IMG/VR virus record: IMGVR_UViG_3300028549_001461
Span: 64,001-128,000 of that record
From: a virus
DNA length: 64,000 nt
Reading direction: 5' to 3' (one strand)
Of this stretch, positions 20,026 through 30,121 are shown piece after piece. Both the position numbers and the translations under genes were made by a program. The notes below the pieces were generated by a model, which saw nothing but the letters and a program-made list of their open reading frames with translations, was not told the DNA's origin and ran no database searches. Every line of letters begins with the position of its first letter. Positions within the stretch are counted from its first letter, which is position 1.

Positions 20026-21196
20026 ACAAATTAAATTAAGTGCTACAAGAGTAAATACTTTTCTTCAATGTAAGCAACGTTATTGGTTTTCTTATGAAGA
20101 GCGCGTAGAAAAATTATCTAACCCTGTTTTCAAATTAGGTTTGGCTTGCCATGACACGTTAGAGAAAGCAGGTAGAGTTTGGAAAAAGAATGATCTTCAA
20201 AAGTTCTCTCAAGAACAGATTGAAGAATTATTAGTTTACTACGACGAGGCTTCTGTAAATCATGGTATAGAAGATTACGCAGACCATTTGGTAGGTAAAG
20301 ATATTGTAAAAAGCAAATTATCTAAATTTAAAATAGGCGAACGTATTGTTGGTATAGAGGATAAATTTGGTTTCGAAGGTGCCCAGGTTATAACTACTGA
20401 AAAAGGTGTTGAGCTTATAGGCGCAATAGATAAAACAGTAGAAATTGACGCTAATACAATTGCTATTGTTGATTATAAAACATCTAAAACTATACCAGAT
20501 GCTGATAAATTGCGTACTGATATACAACTTTCCATGTATGATTTGGTTGCTAGAAAGTTATATCCACAGTATAGCAAAGTTATATTGTGCCTGGACATGT
20601 TAAGAACTGGTGACTTGGTCTATACGTATAGAACAGATAGTGAGCGTGTGGATTTTGAAGACTATTTATTTGAAGTACATACTCAAATGTCTAATCTTAC
20701 TAAAGAGGACGCCAAACCATCAATTAACTTTTTGTGCGCTTGGTGTGACCATACTAATGTTTGCTCAAAATACCAAGAATTGTGTCTAAAAAAGGACTAC
20801 GCTTTTTTGAATGTTAATTCTTTATCCGATGATGCTTTAGTTGAAGAGTGGGATAATGTTAGGACAGTGCAAAAGATATTAGAACTACGTGAAAGAGAAA
20901 TAGCTGATGTAATTATAAATAAATTAAAGATACAAGAACAACCTGTAATCTCTGGTGACAAGGAACTAGTTTTAAGACAAAAAGCTACTACATCTTTTAA
21001 TGCCGTCAAGTTAAGTAGTTATATACCTAATGAGGATTTTGTGTCTCTAGTTTCTGTTTCTTCATCTAAATTAAAAAAATATCTAGAAAAAAATCCTAGT
21101 ATATTGCCTATTATGCCTGAAATTAGTGAGACAAATTTTTCAAGTTCTTATTTGGCTGCCAAAAAGAATAAACCTATAAAACAAAAAAAGGATTAA
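20018..21196 (+). CDS. PD-(D/E)xK exonuclease (Cas4/AddB-like, Fe-S cysteines)
   Basis: LSATR...F.QC, G.IDK, IVDYKT, Q...Y, C.WC.....C. GTG start with GGAGG RBS. Confidence 0.85.
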   Translation: MSKQIKLSATRVNTFLQCKQRYWFSYEERVEKLSNPVFKLGLACHDTLEKAGRVWKKNDLQKFSQEQIEELLVYYDEASVNHGIEDYADHLVGKDIVKSKLSKFKIGERIVGIEDKFGFEGAQVITTEKGVELIGAIDKTVEIDANTIAIVDYKTSKTIPDADKLRTDIQLSMYDLVARKLYPQYSKVILCLDMLRTGDLVYTYRTDSERVDFEDYLFEVHTQMSNLTKEDAKPSINFLCAWCDHTNVCSKYQELCLKKDYAFLNVNSLSDDALVEEWDNVRTVQKILELREREIADVIINKLKIQEQPVISGDKELVLRQKATTSFNAVKLSSYIPNEDFVSLVSVSSSKLKKYLEKNPSILPIMPEISETNFSSSYLAAKKNKPIKQKKD

Positions 21197-21198
21197 TT

Positions 21199-22482
21199 AT
21201 GAAGAAAAAAATATTATGCTACTGTGATAGCCCTACATGTGCTACTGGTTTTGGTACTGTTAGTCGTAATGTATTGGAGCACTTGTATAGAAGTGGTGAT
21301 TATGAAATAGATATCTTTGGTATAAATTATCATGGTTTACCTCATAATTTTCCTTACAGAATTTGGCCAGCTATGGATTATCAGGCTGGTGATCCCTACG
21401 GTAGAAGAAAATTCTGTTACTTTGCTTTGGAACATGACTTTGATATTCTATGGGTATTACAAGATACTTTCATAGTAGATTTTCTTCCTGAACTTATACA
21501 TCATTTGAAAGCAAATAGAACAAAACCTTTTAGAACAATTATGTATTACCCCATAGATAGTACTTTGAAAAAAGACTGGTATAATAATATAAATGTTGTT
21601 GACAGATTAGTAGCTTATACTGATTTTGGTAGACAAGCTTTTTTAAAACAGGCAGCAGAGAATGGGCCCTCAGATGCTAAAGACAGAACAATAGATGTTA
21701 TATACCATGGTGTAGATACCAATATATTTAAAGTTTTACCAGAGACTGCTGTAACTGACTTTAAAGCAAACTATTTTTCTAAAGCTAATAAAGATAAATT
21801 TGTTTTTACAAACATTAATAGGAACCAACAAAGAAAGGACATACCAAGAACTTTACAAGCTTTTAAAGCATTTAATAAGCTTGTCCCAGAATCTATATTA
21901 TATCTGCACATGTGCCCAATAGATCAGGGTTGGGATATACCACAACTACTACCAGAAATGGGGTTAACTTTAGGTAAAGAAGTTGTTTTACCGGAGAAAA
22001 TGGAACCAAATCAAGGGTACCCTTTAGATGTTGTTAACTATCTTTACAATATTAGTGACTGTGTTATAAGCACAACTTTAGGTGAGGGTTTTGGTATTAG
22101 TTGGTTGGAAGCTATGGCTTGTAAAGTACCCGTTATAATGCCTGACAATACAGCTATGTCAGAATTGATATCTGAAGATCGCGGATATCTTACAAAAAGT
22201 GGTAGTAATCTAAGTCTATGGACAGTAATACCTAATGATAATAATCTACCCAGACCGTTAGTAGATGTTGATGACATGTTAAATCAGATGTTGCATGTTT
22301 ATAATAATCGTAGTGAAGTTACGTTAAAAGTGGAAGCTGCTTACAAATGGGTAAATTCAGAAATGCGGTGGGGAGCTAAAATAGCTAAACAGTGGCTGCG
22401 TGTTTTTGAGGAAGAGTGTAAATTGATAGGTACTAAGTCATCTGTGAGTGGTACTAAAGTTATATCAGCAGAACAAATTTAA
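21199..22482 (+). CDS. GT4 (GT-B) glycosyltransferase
   Basis: TGFG.V, HGVD..IF, NRNQ.RK, EGFGI..LEAMAC..PVI. Confidence 0.9.
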   Translation: MKKKILCYCDSPTCATGFGTVSRNVLEHLYRSGDYEIDIFGINYHGLPHNFPYRIWPAMDYQAGDPYGRRKFCYFALEHDFDILWVLQDTFIVDFLPELIHHLKANRTKPFRTIMYYPIDSTLKKDWYNNINVVDRLVAYTDFGRQAFLKQAAENGPSDAKDRTIDVIYHGVDTNIFKVLPETAVTDFKANYFSKANKDKFVFTNINRNQQRKDIPRTLQAFKAFNKLVPESILYLHMCPIDQGWDIPQLLPEMGLTLGKEVVLPEKMEPNQGYPLDVVNYLYNISDCVISTTLGEGFGISWLEAMACKVPVIMPDNTAMSELISEDRGYLTKSGSNLSLWTVIPNDNNLPRPLVDVDDMLNQMLHVYNNRSEVTLKVEAAYKWVNSEMRWGAKIAKQWLRVFEEECKLIGTKSSVSGTKVISAEQI

Positions 22483-22490
22483 AATAACTA

Positions 22491-22519
22491 TTGCAATAAA
22501 AAGTTTAATTGTGTATACT
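22491..22519 (+). promoter_or_regulatory. Sigma70-type promoter upstream of thyX, overlapped by a 16-bp inverted repeat
   Basis: TTGCAA-17 nt-TGTATACT; AGGAGG RBS downstream. Confidence 0.65.
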
Positions 22520-22563
22520 TTTATGTACACAATTAAACTTTATTAATTTTAGGAGGATTAAGT

Positions 22564-23319
22564 ATGAAAGTAAAGTTATTATCCGTAACACCTAATGCCA
22601 AAGAATTAATTTTTGCTGCCGGGAGACAATGTTACACTGAAGGTTGGGTAGGAGACTCCTGGGAAATACAAGATAACAATATCGTTATTAAAGATCTAAA
22701 CGATGGTCATACTTGTTCTGATAAAGAGATAGAAAGATTAGTTAATTATTTAAAAGAGTCTGGACATACCAGTGTCTTAGAACATGCTAAATTTACATTT
22801 GCTATCGATGGTGTTTCCAGAGCACTAACTCACCAACTTGTTAGACATAGACTTGCTTCATACTCTCAACAAAGTCAAAGATATGTAGATTTAAATGTAC
22901 AATTTTCTATTGATAATTTTGTTGTACCTCCTAAGATTCTCAAAAATGAAAAAGCTTATTTAGAATATGTTGATCTTCTTTCTAAAATACAAGATGTTTA
23001 TAATGCCTTAATTAATTTAGATATTCCTGCCGAAGATGCTAGATATGTTTTGCCTAATGCTGCTAAAACAAGAATTGTTGTGACTATGAATTGTGTGGCT
23101 CTTCTACATTTTTTTGGTTTAAGGTCTTGTACTTTAGCTCAATGGGAAATTAGAAATTTATCTAACAAACTATTGGCTATATGTAAGGAAAATTTACCTT
23201 GTGTTTTTAATAATGCAGGAAGTAGATGTGAAAATTTAGGTTATTGCCCAGAAAGTTCAAAACGATCTTGTGGTAAATATCCTACTAAAGATCAAGTTCT
23301 AGCAGAGGGACTCCATTGA
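22564..23319 (+). CDS. thyX: Flavin-dependent thymidylate synthase
   Basis: GH.SVLEH, SRALTHQLVRHRLASYSQQSQRY (RHRxxSxxxxSxR), AQWEIR. Confidence 0.96.
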   Translation: MKVKLLSVTPNAKELIFAAGRQCYTEGWVGDSWEIQDNNIVIKDLNDGHTCSDKEIERLVNYLKESGHTSVLEHAKFTFAIDGVSRALTHQLVRHRLASYSQQSQRYVDLNVQFSIDNFVVPPKILKNEKAYLEYVDLLSKIQDVYNALINLDIPAEDARYVLPNAAKTRIVVTMNCVALLHFFGLRSCTLAQWEIRNLSNKLLAICKENLPCVFNNAGSRCENLGYCPESSKRSCGKYPTKDQVLAEGLH

Positions 23320-23699
23320 AACAATATGTAATAGGTATCATTTTTAATAACACTGTTGAAAAAGTACTGCTTATAAGGAAAAATAGACCTAAATGGCAGT
23401 CCGGTAGATTAAATGGTGTAGGTGGAAAGGTAGAAGAAGTTGAATCTTCTTATGAAGCTATGATAAGAGAATGTCAAGAAGAGTGTGGTCTTTTACTACA
23501 TAATTGGTTACTAGTAGACACCTATACGGATGGGGTAAATTTTACAATTGACTATTTTATAATTAAAACACCATCCATAGAAAAAGCCGAAACATTAACA
23601 GATGAATTAATAGAAATTTGGTCTATCAATAATTTGCAATTTACTGATGTAGTTGAGCCTACTCTGGATTTTATACATAGAGTTAAATATAAAATATAG
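23316..23699 (+). CDS. NUDIX hydrolase
   Basis: Nudix box GGKVEEVESSYEAMIRECQEECGL. Confidence 0.9.
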   Translation: MKQYVIGIIFNNTVEKVLLIRKNRPKWQSGRLNGVGGKVEEVESSYEAMIRECQEECGLLLHNWLLVDTYTDGVNFTIDYFIIKTPSIEKAETLTDELIEIWSINNLQFTDVVEPTLDFIHRVKYKI

Positions 23700-23712
23700 T
23701 GGAGTTTATAGC

Positions 23713-24837
23713 ATGAAGATAACAGGGATTAAATATATAGGCCCGGTTCTAGACAATTCGGGATACGCAAAAGCTAGTAGAAATGATATATTAGCTTTGT
23801 TAACACAGGATGTGCCTTTAACATTACAACCAGTATCTTTTGAAAAATCTAATCCAGATTTAGGAGAAACTGGTGAAATACTTAAAGAACTAATAAACAA
23901 GGATATACCATATAATGTAGTTATGATAAGAACTACACCTGAATTTTGGGAAAAGTTTAAAGAACCAGGAAAGCTGATGATTAATCATACTATATGGGAA
24001 ACTACAAAACTTCATCCTGATTGGGTGCCTTATATAAATGATAATGCAGATAAACTTTTAGTAGCCACAGATTGGAATGCAGAAGTTTTTAGAGATAGTG
24101 GTATTACAATACCTATTGGTGTTGTACCTCACTGTTTAGATATAGACATCGATAAAAAAAATATTACCCCCTATAAGGTCGCAGATATAGAAAGTGACAC
24201 ATTTACATTTGGCTTTGTAGGACAGTGGGTAGAGAGAAAAGACCCTCTGTCTCTCCTTAAATCTTATTTTTATGCTTTTAGAAACAAAGAGAATGTAGCT
24301 TTAATTTTAAAAACATACAGGTCCAATTACTCGGAGCAAGAAAAACAAATCATTAGAACTACAATAAAACATTTAAAAAATGGTATGGTTTTTGATAATT
24401 TTCCAAAAATATATTTTGTTTCAGATATGTTAACTGATGCTGAGATAGATGGTTTTTACAAAGGAATTGATTGTTATGTGTCTTTGGATAGAGGTGAGGG
24501 TTGGGGATTAGGCCCGTTTCAGGCAGGAGCCGCTGGTAAACCTGTTATTGCCACAGGTTTTGGAGGAGTAAACGCTTTTTTGAAACCTGATAATAGTTAT
24601 TTAGTAAATTATACTTTAGCACCTACCCACGGCATGCCTTATTCACCGTGGTACAAATCAGAGCAACTTTGGGCCCAAGCAGATATAAAACATGGTGCTG
24701 ATCTTATGCAAGAAGTTTTTAACGATAGAGCCGGAGCAAAAGAAAAGGGACTTAAATTAAAAGAATATATAAAAGATACTTTTTCTTATACAAAAGTTGG
24801 CGCCATGATGGTTAAAGAAATTGAGGATATGCTATGA
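23713..24837 (+). CDS. GT4 (GT-B) glycosyltransferase
   Basis: SGYAKASR, WETT, ERK, RGEGWGL...A...GKPVIAT. Start placed at ATG after GGAG. Confidence 0.88.
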   Translation: MKITGIKYIGPVLDNSGYAKASRNDILALLTQDVPLTLQPVSFEKSNPDLGETGEILKELINKDIPYNVVMIRTTPEFWEKFKEPGKLMINHTIWETTKLHPDWVPYINDNADKLLVATDWNAEVFRDSGITIPIGVVPHCLDIDIDKKNITPYKVADIESDTFTFGFVGQWVERKDPLSLLKSYFYAFRNKENVALILKTYRSNYSEQEKQIIRTTIKHLKNGMVFDNFPKIYFVSDMLTDAEIDGFYKGIDCYVSLDRGEGWGLGPFQAGAAGKPVIATGFGGVNAFLKPDNSYLVNYTLAPTHGMPYSPWYKSEQLWAQADIKHGADLMQEVFNDRAGAKEKGLKLKEYIKDTFSYTKVGAMMVKEIEDML

Positions 24838-25313
24838 GAAGAACATTGAATGTAGGCTGCGGTGAAAGGGTGTATAAAATTTACCCAGAAGGATATGTGT
24901 GTGTAAATTTTGATGAACGTTCTTTGGATGGTGTTGATGTAGTAGGAGATGTCAAGGATTTATCTCAATTTTGCGATGGATATTTTTCTTATATACTCGC
25001 TTCTGACATTTTAGAGCACTTTCCTATAGACAAAAGCTTGGGTATTTTACGTGAGTGGCAGCGTGTTTTAGAAAAAGGAGGACGTATTGAATTTAGAGTA
25101 CCTAATTTAAAAACTATCTGTGCACAGTACGATGGAAAAAATGCCAAATTCATTAGTTGGCTACTCTACGGAGCTCAAAACTACTCAGGAAATTTCCATT
25201 ATGTTTGTTTTGACAGAATGCTATTAGAAGAATATTGTACTTTAGTAGGTTTGAGACCTATTGAATACAGAGAAGAGGGCAACAACTTTATATTGCTAGC
25301 CATTAAAGATTGA
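24834..25313 (+). CDS. Class I SAM-dependent methyltransferase (Methyltransf_11-like)
   Basis: LNVGCG, ILEH, W.RVL..GG....VP. Confidence 0.85.
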   Translation: MRRTLNVGCGERVYKIYPEGYVCVNFDERSLDGVDVVGDVKDLSQFCDGYFSYILASDILEHFPIDKSLGILREWQRVLEKGGRIEFRVPNLKTICAQYDGKNAKFISWLLYGAQNYSGNFHYVCFDRMLLEEYCTLVGLRPIEYREEGNNFILLAIKD

Positions 25314-25458
25314 TACCTATTTAAATTGCTTATTTTACCTTCTGTGAGTACTTACTAATTGTTGGTAGCTTTCCATATCTATACATATAAAAAGTTACTG
25401 TAGAGCATTCTGAGACTTTTTACGCGTATTAAATATCTAATAGAGTAGCGGAGGATTA

Positions 25459-26025
25459 ATGTCTGATTTTAAAAAAAAGTTCGTGCATAATTTACTAGAA
25501 AATGTTATAATTTCTGAAATGCTAAAAGAATTCGGTGAAGATTTATATGATAAATGCATTATGGACGTGAGCTTTGGTTGTAATTTGCATGATTTTTATC
25601 TTAATCATCTTCAGGCATCTTTAGTTACAAGCACCTCTTTACCTGATTCGGAGGTTGATACTTTGTTAGACTACCGTTTGGACGTACTTAATCTTGACCT
25701 ACATGATCGTGTAGGTGCTTTTAGTAGCCAATACGATATTGTTGTCGCCTATGATACTTTTAATGTGTACCTATCTGATATAAACTGGCAAGCTACTCTT
25801 GAGAATTTACTTTTTTATATAAAACCAGGGGGTCTTTGTATAGTAAACGGTACTTTTCCTACTATTACTTTAGATGATTCTATTCGTTCCAGATCTAAAG
25901 GTGTTTGGCGAGCTTTAATTAAAAAATGTAATTGTTCAATAATTACTTTACTTGATAATAGCTCTAACTACTTTTTTGTAAACGACAAAATAATGGTAAT
26001 TCAAAAATGCAAGAAATTAAATTAA
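25459..26025 (+). CDS. Degenerate class I methyltransferase-like protein
   Basis: MDVSFGC, YDIVV, IKPGG motifs; glycine loop divergent. Confidence 0.6.
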   Translation: MSDFKKKFVHNLLENVIISEMLKEFGEDLYDKCIMDVSFGCNLHDFYLNHLQASLVTSTSLPDSEVDTLLDYRLDVLNLDLHDRVGAFSSQYDIVVAYDTFNVYLSDINWQATLENLLFYIKPGGLCIVNGTFPTITLDDSIRSRSKGVWRALIKKCNCSIITLLDNSSNYFFVNDKIMVIQKCKKLN

Positions 26026-26453
26026 TCGTATCTGAGATAGATGGTGTTATAACTACAGGTGTAGATCCTGTAGATGAGCTTGGTAATGTTTTATTTAAAA
26101 ACTTTTTTATCCCTGATTTTGAAGCTATTAATAAATTAAAGGCTATATGTCCTTTTGTATTTCTATCTTCCGATAATTCAGTTAGTTACAATCTAACTAG
26201 GAGAAAAAATATCCCTTTTTATTGGACAAATAAATCAGATAAGTTAAGTATTTTACAACAAATACTAATGCGCTATAATGTTACATCTGACGAGACTCTT
26301 TATGTGGGTAGTAAATTATCTGACATACCATGTATGCAGATGGTTCCTGCTTCATTTTGTACTAACACTACTCTCGGTTTTCCTACATTTTCTTGCAAAG
26401 CTGGTGAAGGTATTTTAACTGAATTGTATATTAAATATTTTAAAAAGAATTAA
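26007..26453 (+). CDS. KdsC/YrbI-like HAD phosphatase homolog
   Basis: IKLIVSEIDGVIT.G, K.F...D, YVG....DIP. The nucleophile position reads E instead of D. Confidence 0.75.
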   Translation: MQEIKLIVSEIDGVITTGVDPVDELGNVLFKNFFIPDFEAINKLKAICPFVFLSSDNSVSYNLTRRKNIPFYWTNKSDKLSILQQILMRYNVTSDETLYVGSKLSDIPCMQMVPASFCTNTTLGFPTFSCKAGEGILTELYIKYFKKN

Positions 26454-26467
26454 TAGGGGTAGATTGT

Positions 26468-27532
26468 ATGCTTATAAGAAGAGAAACTAACAATGGTGCT
26501 AATAGTTTTTTAACTGTATATCGACCTTGTACAGTAGATGAATTTTTAGGAAGTGCAGCTGTTAAAAATCTAGTGAGTAGTTATTTGGCAAAAAATACTT
26601 TACCCCATGTACTTTTAATAACTGGGGATGCCGGTTTAGGCAAAACTACTTTAGCCAGGGTGATAGCCTTAAAATTAAATTGTGAAAATCCAGATGGAGA
26701 GAAGCCATGTTTAAAATGTAGTTCGTGTGTATCCATACTGAATGCTAATAGTATAGACGTTCATGAAATTAATGTAGGTAGTAGTAGTGGAAAGGACGCA
26801 GTGGATGGTCTTATTCATAACTTATCGTCTGCACCATTTAGTTCAAAGTATAAGATCCTTATATTTGACGAGGCTCATAGATTATCTTCAGCAGCACAAG
26901 CACTTTTGTTGAAACCATTAGAAGATTGTTATTCACATGTGTTTCTTATTTTTTGTACTAACGAGCCTGAAAAATTAGTAAATAAACTTTCGGATGACCA
27001 ACCTTTTTTAGATAGATGTAAAATATTGCATTTAACTTCTTTATCGGATGAAGAAGTATTTCAAATGCTAGAAAACGTATCTCAGTTTGAAGGGGTTAAT
27101 TATAATACAGATGTATTAAAGTACATATGCGATCTTTCTTTTGGTGTACCTAGAAAAGCTTTAAATTTCTTAGACTCTGTTATAACCGAAGGATCTTGGA
27201 ACATTGAAAATATTAAACCTCTTTTAAGTGGTATTATTCTTGACGAGGATGATGTGGGGGTATTAGAATTAAGTAAAGCACTTATAAAACGTGATTTTGG
27301 TAGTGCTTGTATTTTATTTGAACAACTTAGTAAGAAATTTCCTGTTGAAAGTATACGCGTGGCTGTATGTGGATTTTTTGTAGGTTGTTTAAAAAGAAGT
27401 AGTTTAAAGTCCGGTAAGGGTATATCTAATGCTTTAACACAGTTGACAACTCCGATATACTTAACAGGTAAACCAGCTGAACATCTTTTTTACAATATAA
27501 TGTTTAAAGTAACATCTTTAATTGAGGGTTAA
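26468..27532 (+). CDS. dnaX: DNA polymerase III gamma/tau-like clamp loader ATPase
   Basis: YRP, G..G.GKTT.AR..A..LNC, PC..C..C, DEAH.LS..AQ.ALLK.LE. Confidence 0.92.
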   Translation: MLIRRETNNGANSFLTVYRPCTVDEFLGSAAVKNLVSSYLAKNTLPHVLLITGDAGLGKTTLARVIALKLNCENPDGEKPCLKCSSCVSILNANSIDVHEINVGSSSGKDAVDGLIHNLSSAPFSSKYKILIFDEAHRLSSAAQALLLKPLEDCYSHVFLIFCTNEPEKLVNKLSDDQPFLDRCKILHLTSLSDEEVFQMLENVSQFEGVNYNTDVLKYICDLSFGVPRKALNFLDSVITEGSWNIENIKPLLSGIILDEDDVGVLELSKALIKRDFGSACILFEQLSKKFPVESIRVAVCGFFVGCLKRSSLKSGKGISNALTQLTTPIYLTGKPAEHLFYNIMFKVTSLIEG

Positions 27533-27534
27533 TA

Positions 27535-29472
27535 ATGGCTAATTTAGTGTCTTTCGTTGATTTACCTGAGTTGCCAATTCCTACATACGAATATGTTAAG
27601 GATGAATTTAGAGCAAGAGAAATTCTTTCTATACTTGATAATTACCCCGTACTTGAGGTCGATACTGAAGGTACCTCTTTAGACCCATTTGGTTGTAGAA
27701 CCACATTAATACAGATAGGCATACCTAATATGGCTTATGTTTTTGATGTGCGTAGTGACTTACCTGATATAACAATACACGGAAGCTTATTTAAAGGTAT
27801 ACTCACAGATAAAAGAATATTGAAACTTTTACAGAACGCCAATTACGATATGAAGGTACTTAAAGTTCAGTATGGTTTTTATATAGAGAATGTCTACGAT
27901 ACTATGTTAACTGAAATATTACTTTATCTTGGTATACAGGAATCAGGTTTTAGTTTAGCTAAGTTAGTAGAAAAATATTTAGGTATGGTTATGAATAAAG
28001 AGCCGAGGGGAACTTTTGAAGCTTATGACCAAGAGTTTTCAGACAAACAGATAGCTTATGCAGCTAATGACGTTTGTGTTCTTGATTTTATAAGAAACAT
28101 GCAGAAGCCACGTCTTGAAAAGTACAATCTACAGGAAGTACATAAGTTAGAAATGTCCTTTATAAAACCTCTTGTAGAGATGGAACTGAATGGTGTTAAG
28201 TTAGATGTTGTTAAATGGCGTATTATGATGTCGGAGTTTGCAAAAGAGCTAGAGGTATTTAAATCCTTCATAGAAGATAGTTTACAAGTTACACAAGATC
28301 AACTATCCTTATTTGATGTACCTACTGTTAATATAGCAAGTCCAGTACAATTAAAAACAGCTTTAAATAGATTGGGTATAAAGGTTGAATCTACGTCTAA
28401 TGACGTACTAAAGAAATACTCACATCATAAAGTTATTGAAAATTTATTATCATATAGAAAAAATTCTAAATTGGTTAATACTTATGGTGAAGCTTTAATA
28501 GATAGAATACATCCAAAAACAGGTCGTTTACATACTGAGTTTAAGCAGATGGTTTCAACTGGTAGACTATCTTCCAATAACCCAAATTTACAGAATATTC
28601 CAGGGAAACAAAAGTTTAGATCCTGTTTTATAGCTGACTATAAAATGTGTTTAATAACAGTGGATCAGAATTCTGCTGAGTTAGTAATAATGGGGGCAAT
28701 GTCGGGAGAACCTAACTTCATAGATACTTATGAAAAGGGACTAGATTTACACACAGTGAATGCTTCCCGTATTTATGGTGTGCCGTATGATAAAGTTACT
28801 CCAGAACAAAGAAAGGCTTCAAAAGCAATATCGTTCGGTTTAGCTTATGGTATATCAGCAGTTGGTTTAGGCAAGCGTTTAGGTATTCCTAAAGAAGCTG
28901 CACAAAAACTTATTGATGCCTATTTTAAAGCAAATAATGTATTGTGTTCTTGGTTGAATAAAGCAGCTAAAGATGCTGTAAGAACACATAGTAGTGTTAC
29001 TATTACTGGTAGACATCGTTTTTATAATATACCATCGATGAGTGACCCAGCTAGAAAAGCCATCATTGGTTCAGTAGAACGGGCTTCTAAGAATCACAAA
29101 ATTCAAGGTTCAGACAGTGACACAATTAAATTAGCTATGATTTTATGTGTCGATAGATTGGAAGAACTGAATGTTGGCGCAAGATTACTTTTATCTGTGC
29201 ACGATGAAATTGTTGTTGAGTCTCCTATAGAGCATGCAGAAGAAGTAGCTAAGGTCGTAGTTAGTGCTGTGGATGATGCCTTTAACTACTACTTTCCTAT
29301 AATGCCTATGAAAACATCTCCAGTAATTGGACCATGTTGGATTAAAGGTGAGTGCGAGGCGAAAAATACAGAAACAGGTAAGAAGTGTGAACATAATGTT
29401 ATGCAATTTATTGAAGATACACACTATGGTTCTAAGCTAGTTTGTGCTAAATGTGGTGCTCCACAAGAATAA
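27535..29472 (+). CDS. polA: Family A DNA polymerase with 3'-5' exonuclease, no 5' nuclease, C-terminal Zn ribbon
   Basis: Exo I DTE, Exo II N..YD, Exo III YA..D; TGRLSS..PNLQNIP, motif B R...K...FG..YG, motif C VHDE. Confidence 0.95.
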   Translation: MANLVSFVDLPELPIPTYEYVKDEFRAREILSILDNYPVLEVDTEGTSLDPFGCRTTLIQIGIPNMAYVFDVRSDLPDITIHGSLFKGILTDKRILKLLQNANYDMKVLKVQYGFYIENVYDTMLTEILLYLGIQESGFSLAKLVEKYLGMVMNKEPRGTFEAYDQEFSDKQIAYAANDVCVLDFIRNMQKPRLEKYNLQEVHKLEMSFIKPLVEMELNGVKLDVVKWRIMMSEFAKELEVFKSFIEDSLQVTQDQLSLFDVPTVNIASPVQLKTALNRLGIKVESTSNDVLKKYSHHKVIENLLSYRKNSKLVNTYGEALIDRIHPKTGRLHTEFKQMVSTGRLSSNNPNLQNIPGKQKFRSCFIADYKMCLITVDQNSAELVIMGAMSGEPNFIDTYEKGLDLHTVNASRIYGVPYDKVTPEQRKASKAISFGLAYGISAVGLGKRLGIPKEAAQKLIDAYFKANNVLCSWLNKAAKDAVRTHSSVTITGRHRFYNIPSMSDPARKAIIGSVERASKNHKIQGSDSDTIKLAMILCVDRLEELNVGARLLLSVHDEIVVESPIEHAEEVAKVVVSAVDDAFNYYFPIMPMKTSPVIGPCWIKGECEAKNTETGKKCEHNVMQFIEDTHYGSKLVCAKCGAPQE

Positions 29473-29486
29473 TAAGAGAGGTTGTA

Positions 29487-29867
29487 ATGGTTGAAGTTGG
29501 TAATAATATAAAAATTATATTTACAAGATTTAATAAGCATGTTATAATAGATGACATTGGTGGTGAATTACTTTTATATAATCACTCCTATATTTGCGAT
29601 TTTGAAGATGCCTATTCTATTGATATGCTGAAAAAATACATTTTCACAGGAGTAAAATTAGAAAAGCTCCATGATACAGTGGTCATGCGCCTTCAAGATT
29701 TATATGGTGACCCTGTAGAATATATAATATACAATGGTTTTATATTCGTAAAGCGTACTAGTACAACAGATACTGATGAGCCAGTGTGTGTAGTTAGTTT
29801 TGTTAGTAAGAATACTACATTATTTAATAAGCAGTTTTATGCAATTTTTATTGAAAAAGTAAATTAA
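29487..29867 (+). CDS. Hypothetical protein
   Basis: ORF with GAGG RBS before ATG 29487. Confidence 0.5.
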   Translation: MVEVGNNIKIIFTRFNKHVIIDDIGGELLLYNHSYICDFEDAYSIDMLKKYIFTGVKLEKLHDTVVMRLQDLYGDPVEYIIYNGFIFVKRTSTTDTDEPVCVVSFVSKNTTLFNKQFYAIFIEKVN

Positions 29868-29881
29868 AAAGAGAGGTTTAT

Positions 29882-30121
29882 ATGAAAATATTTAAAACTG
29901 AACAACTTGCTTTACAGTCTCTTGTAGAAAAAGAAATGTACTATTTAAATGGCTTTTGCCCCTATACTGAGTGTGGTAAAGTTGTTGATAGATTGTGTGG
30001 AAATTGGTGTGCTTTATTTTATTATGACAAAGGTAATGAGAATACTAGTCCCTATGTTATTTTAGGTTGTAAAGCAGGTGAAAAATATCTTTATGTTGAA
30101 AAATTAGTGGAGGAAGTATGA
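29882..30121 (+). CDS. Small Cys-containing hypothetical protein
   Basis: 79 aa; CP...C....C..WC pattern; RBS present. Confidence 0.55.
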   Translation: MKIFKTEQLALQSLVEKEMYYLNGFCPYTECGKVVDRLCGNWCALFYYDKGNENTSPYVILGCKAGEKYLYVEKLVEEV

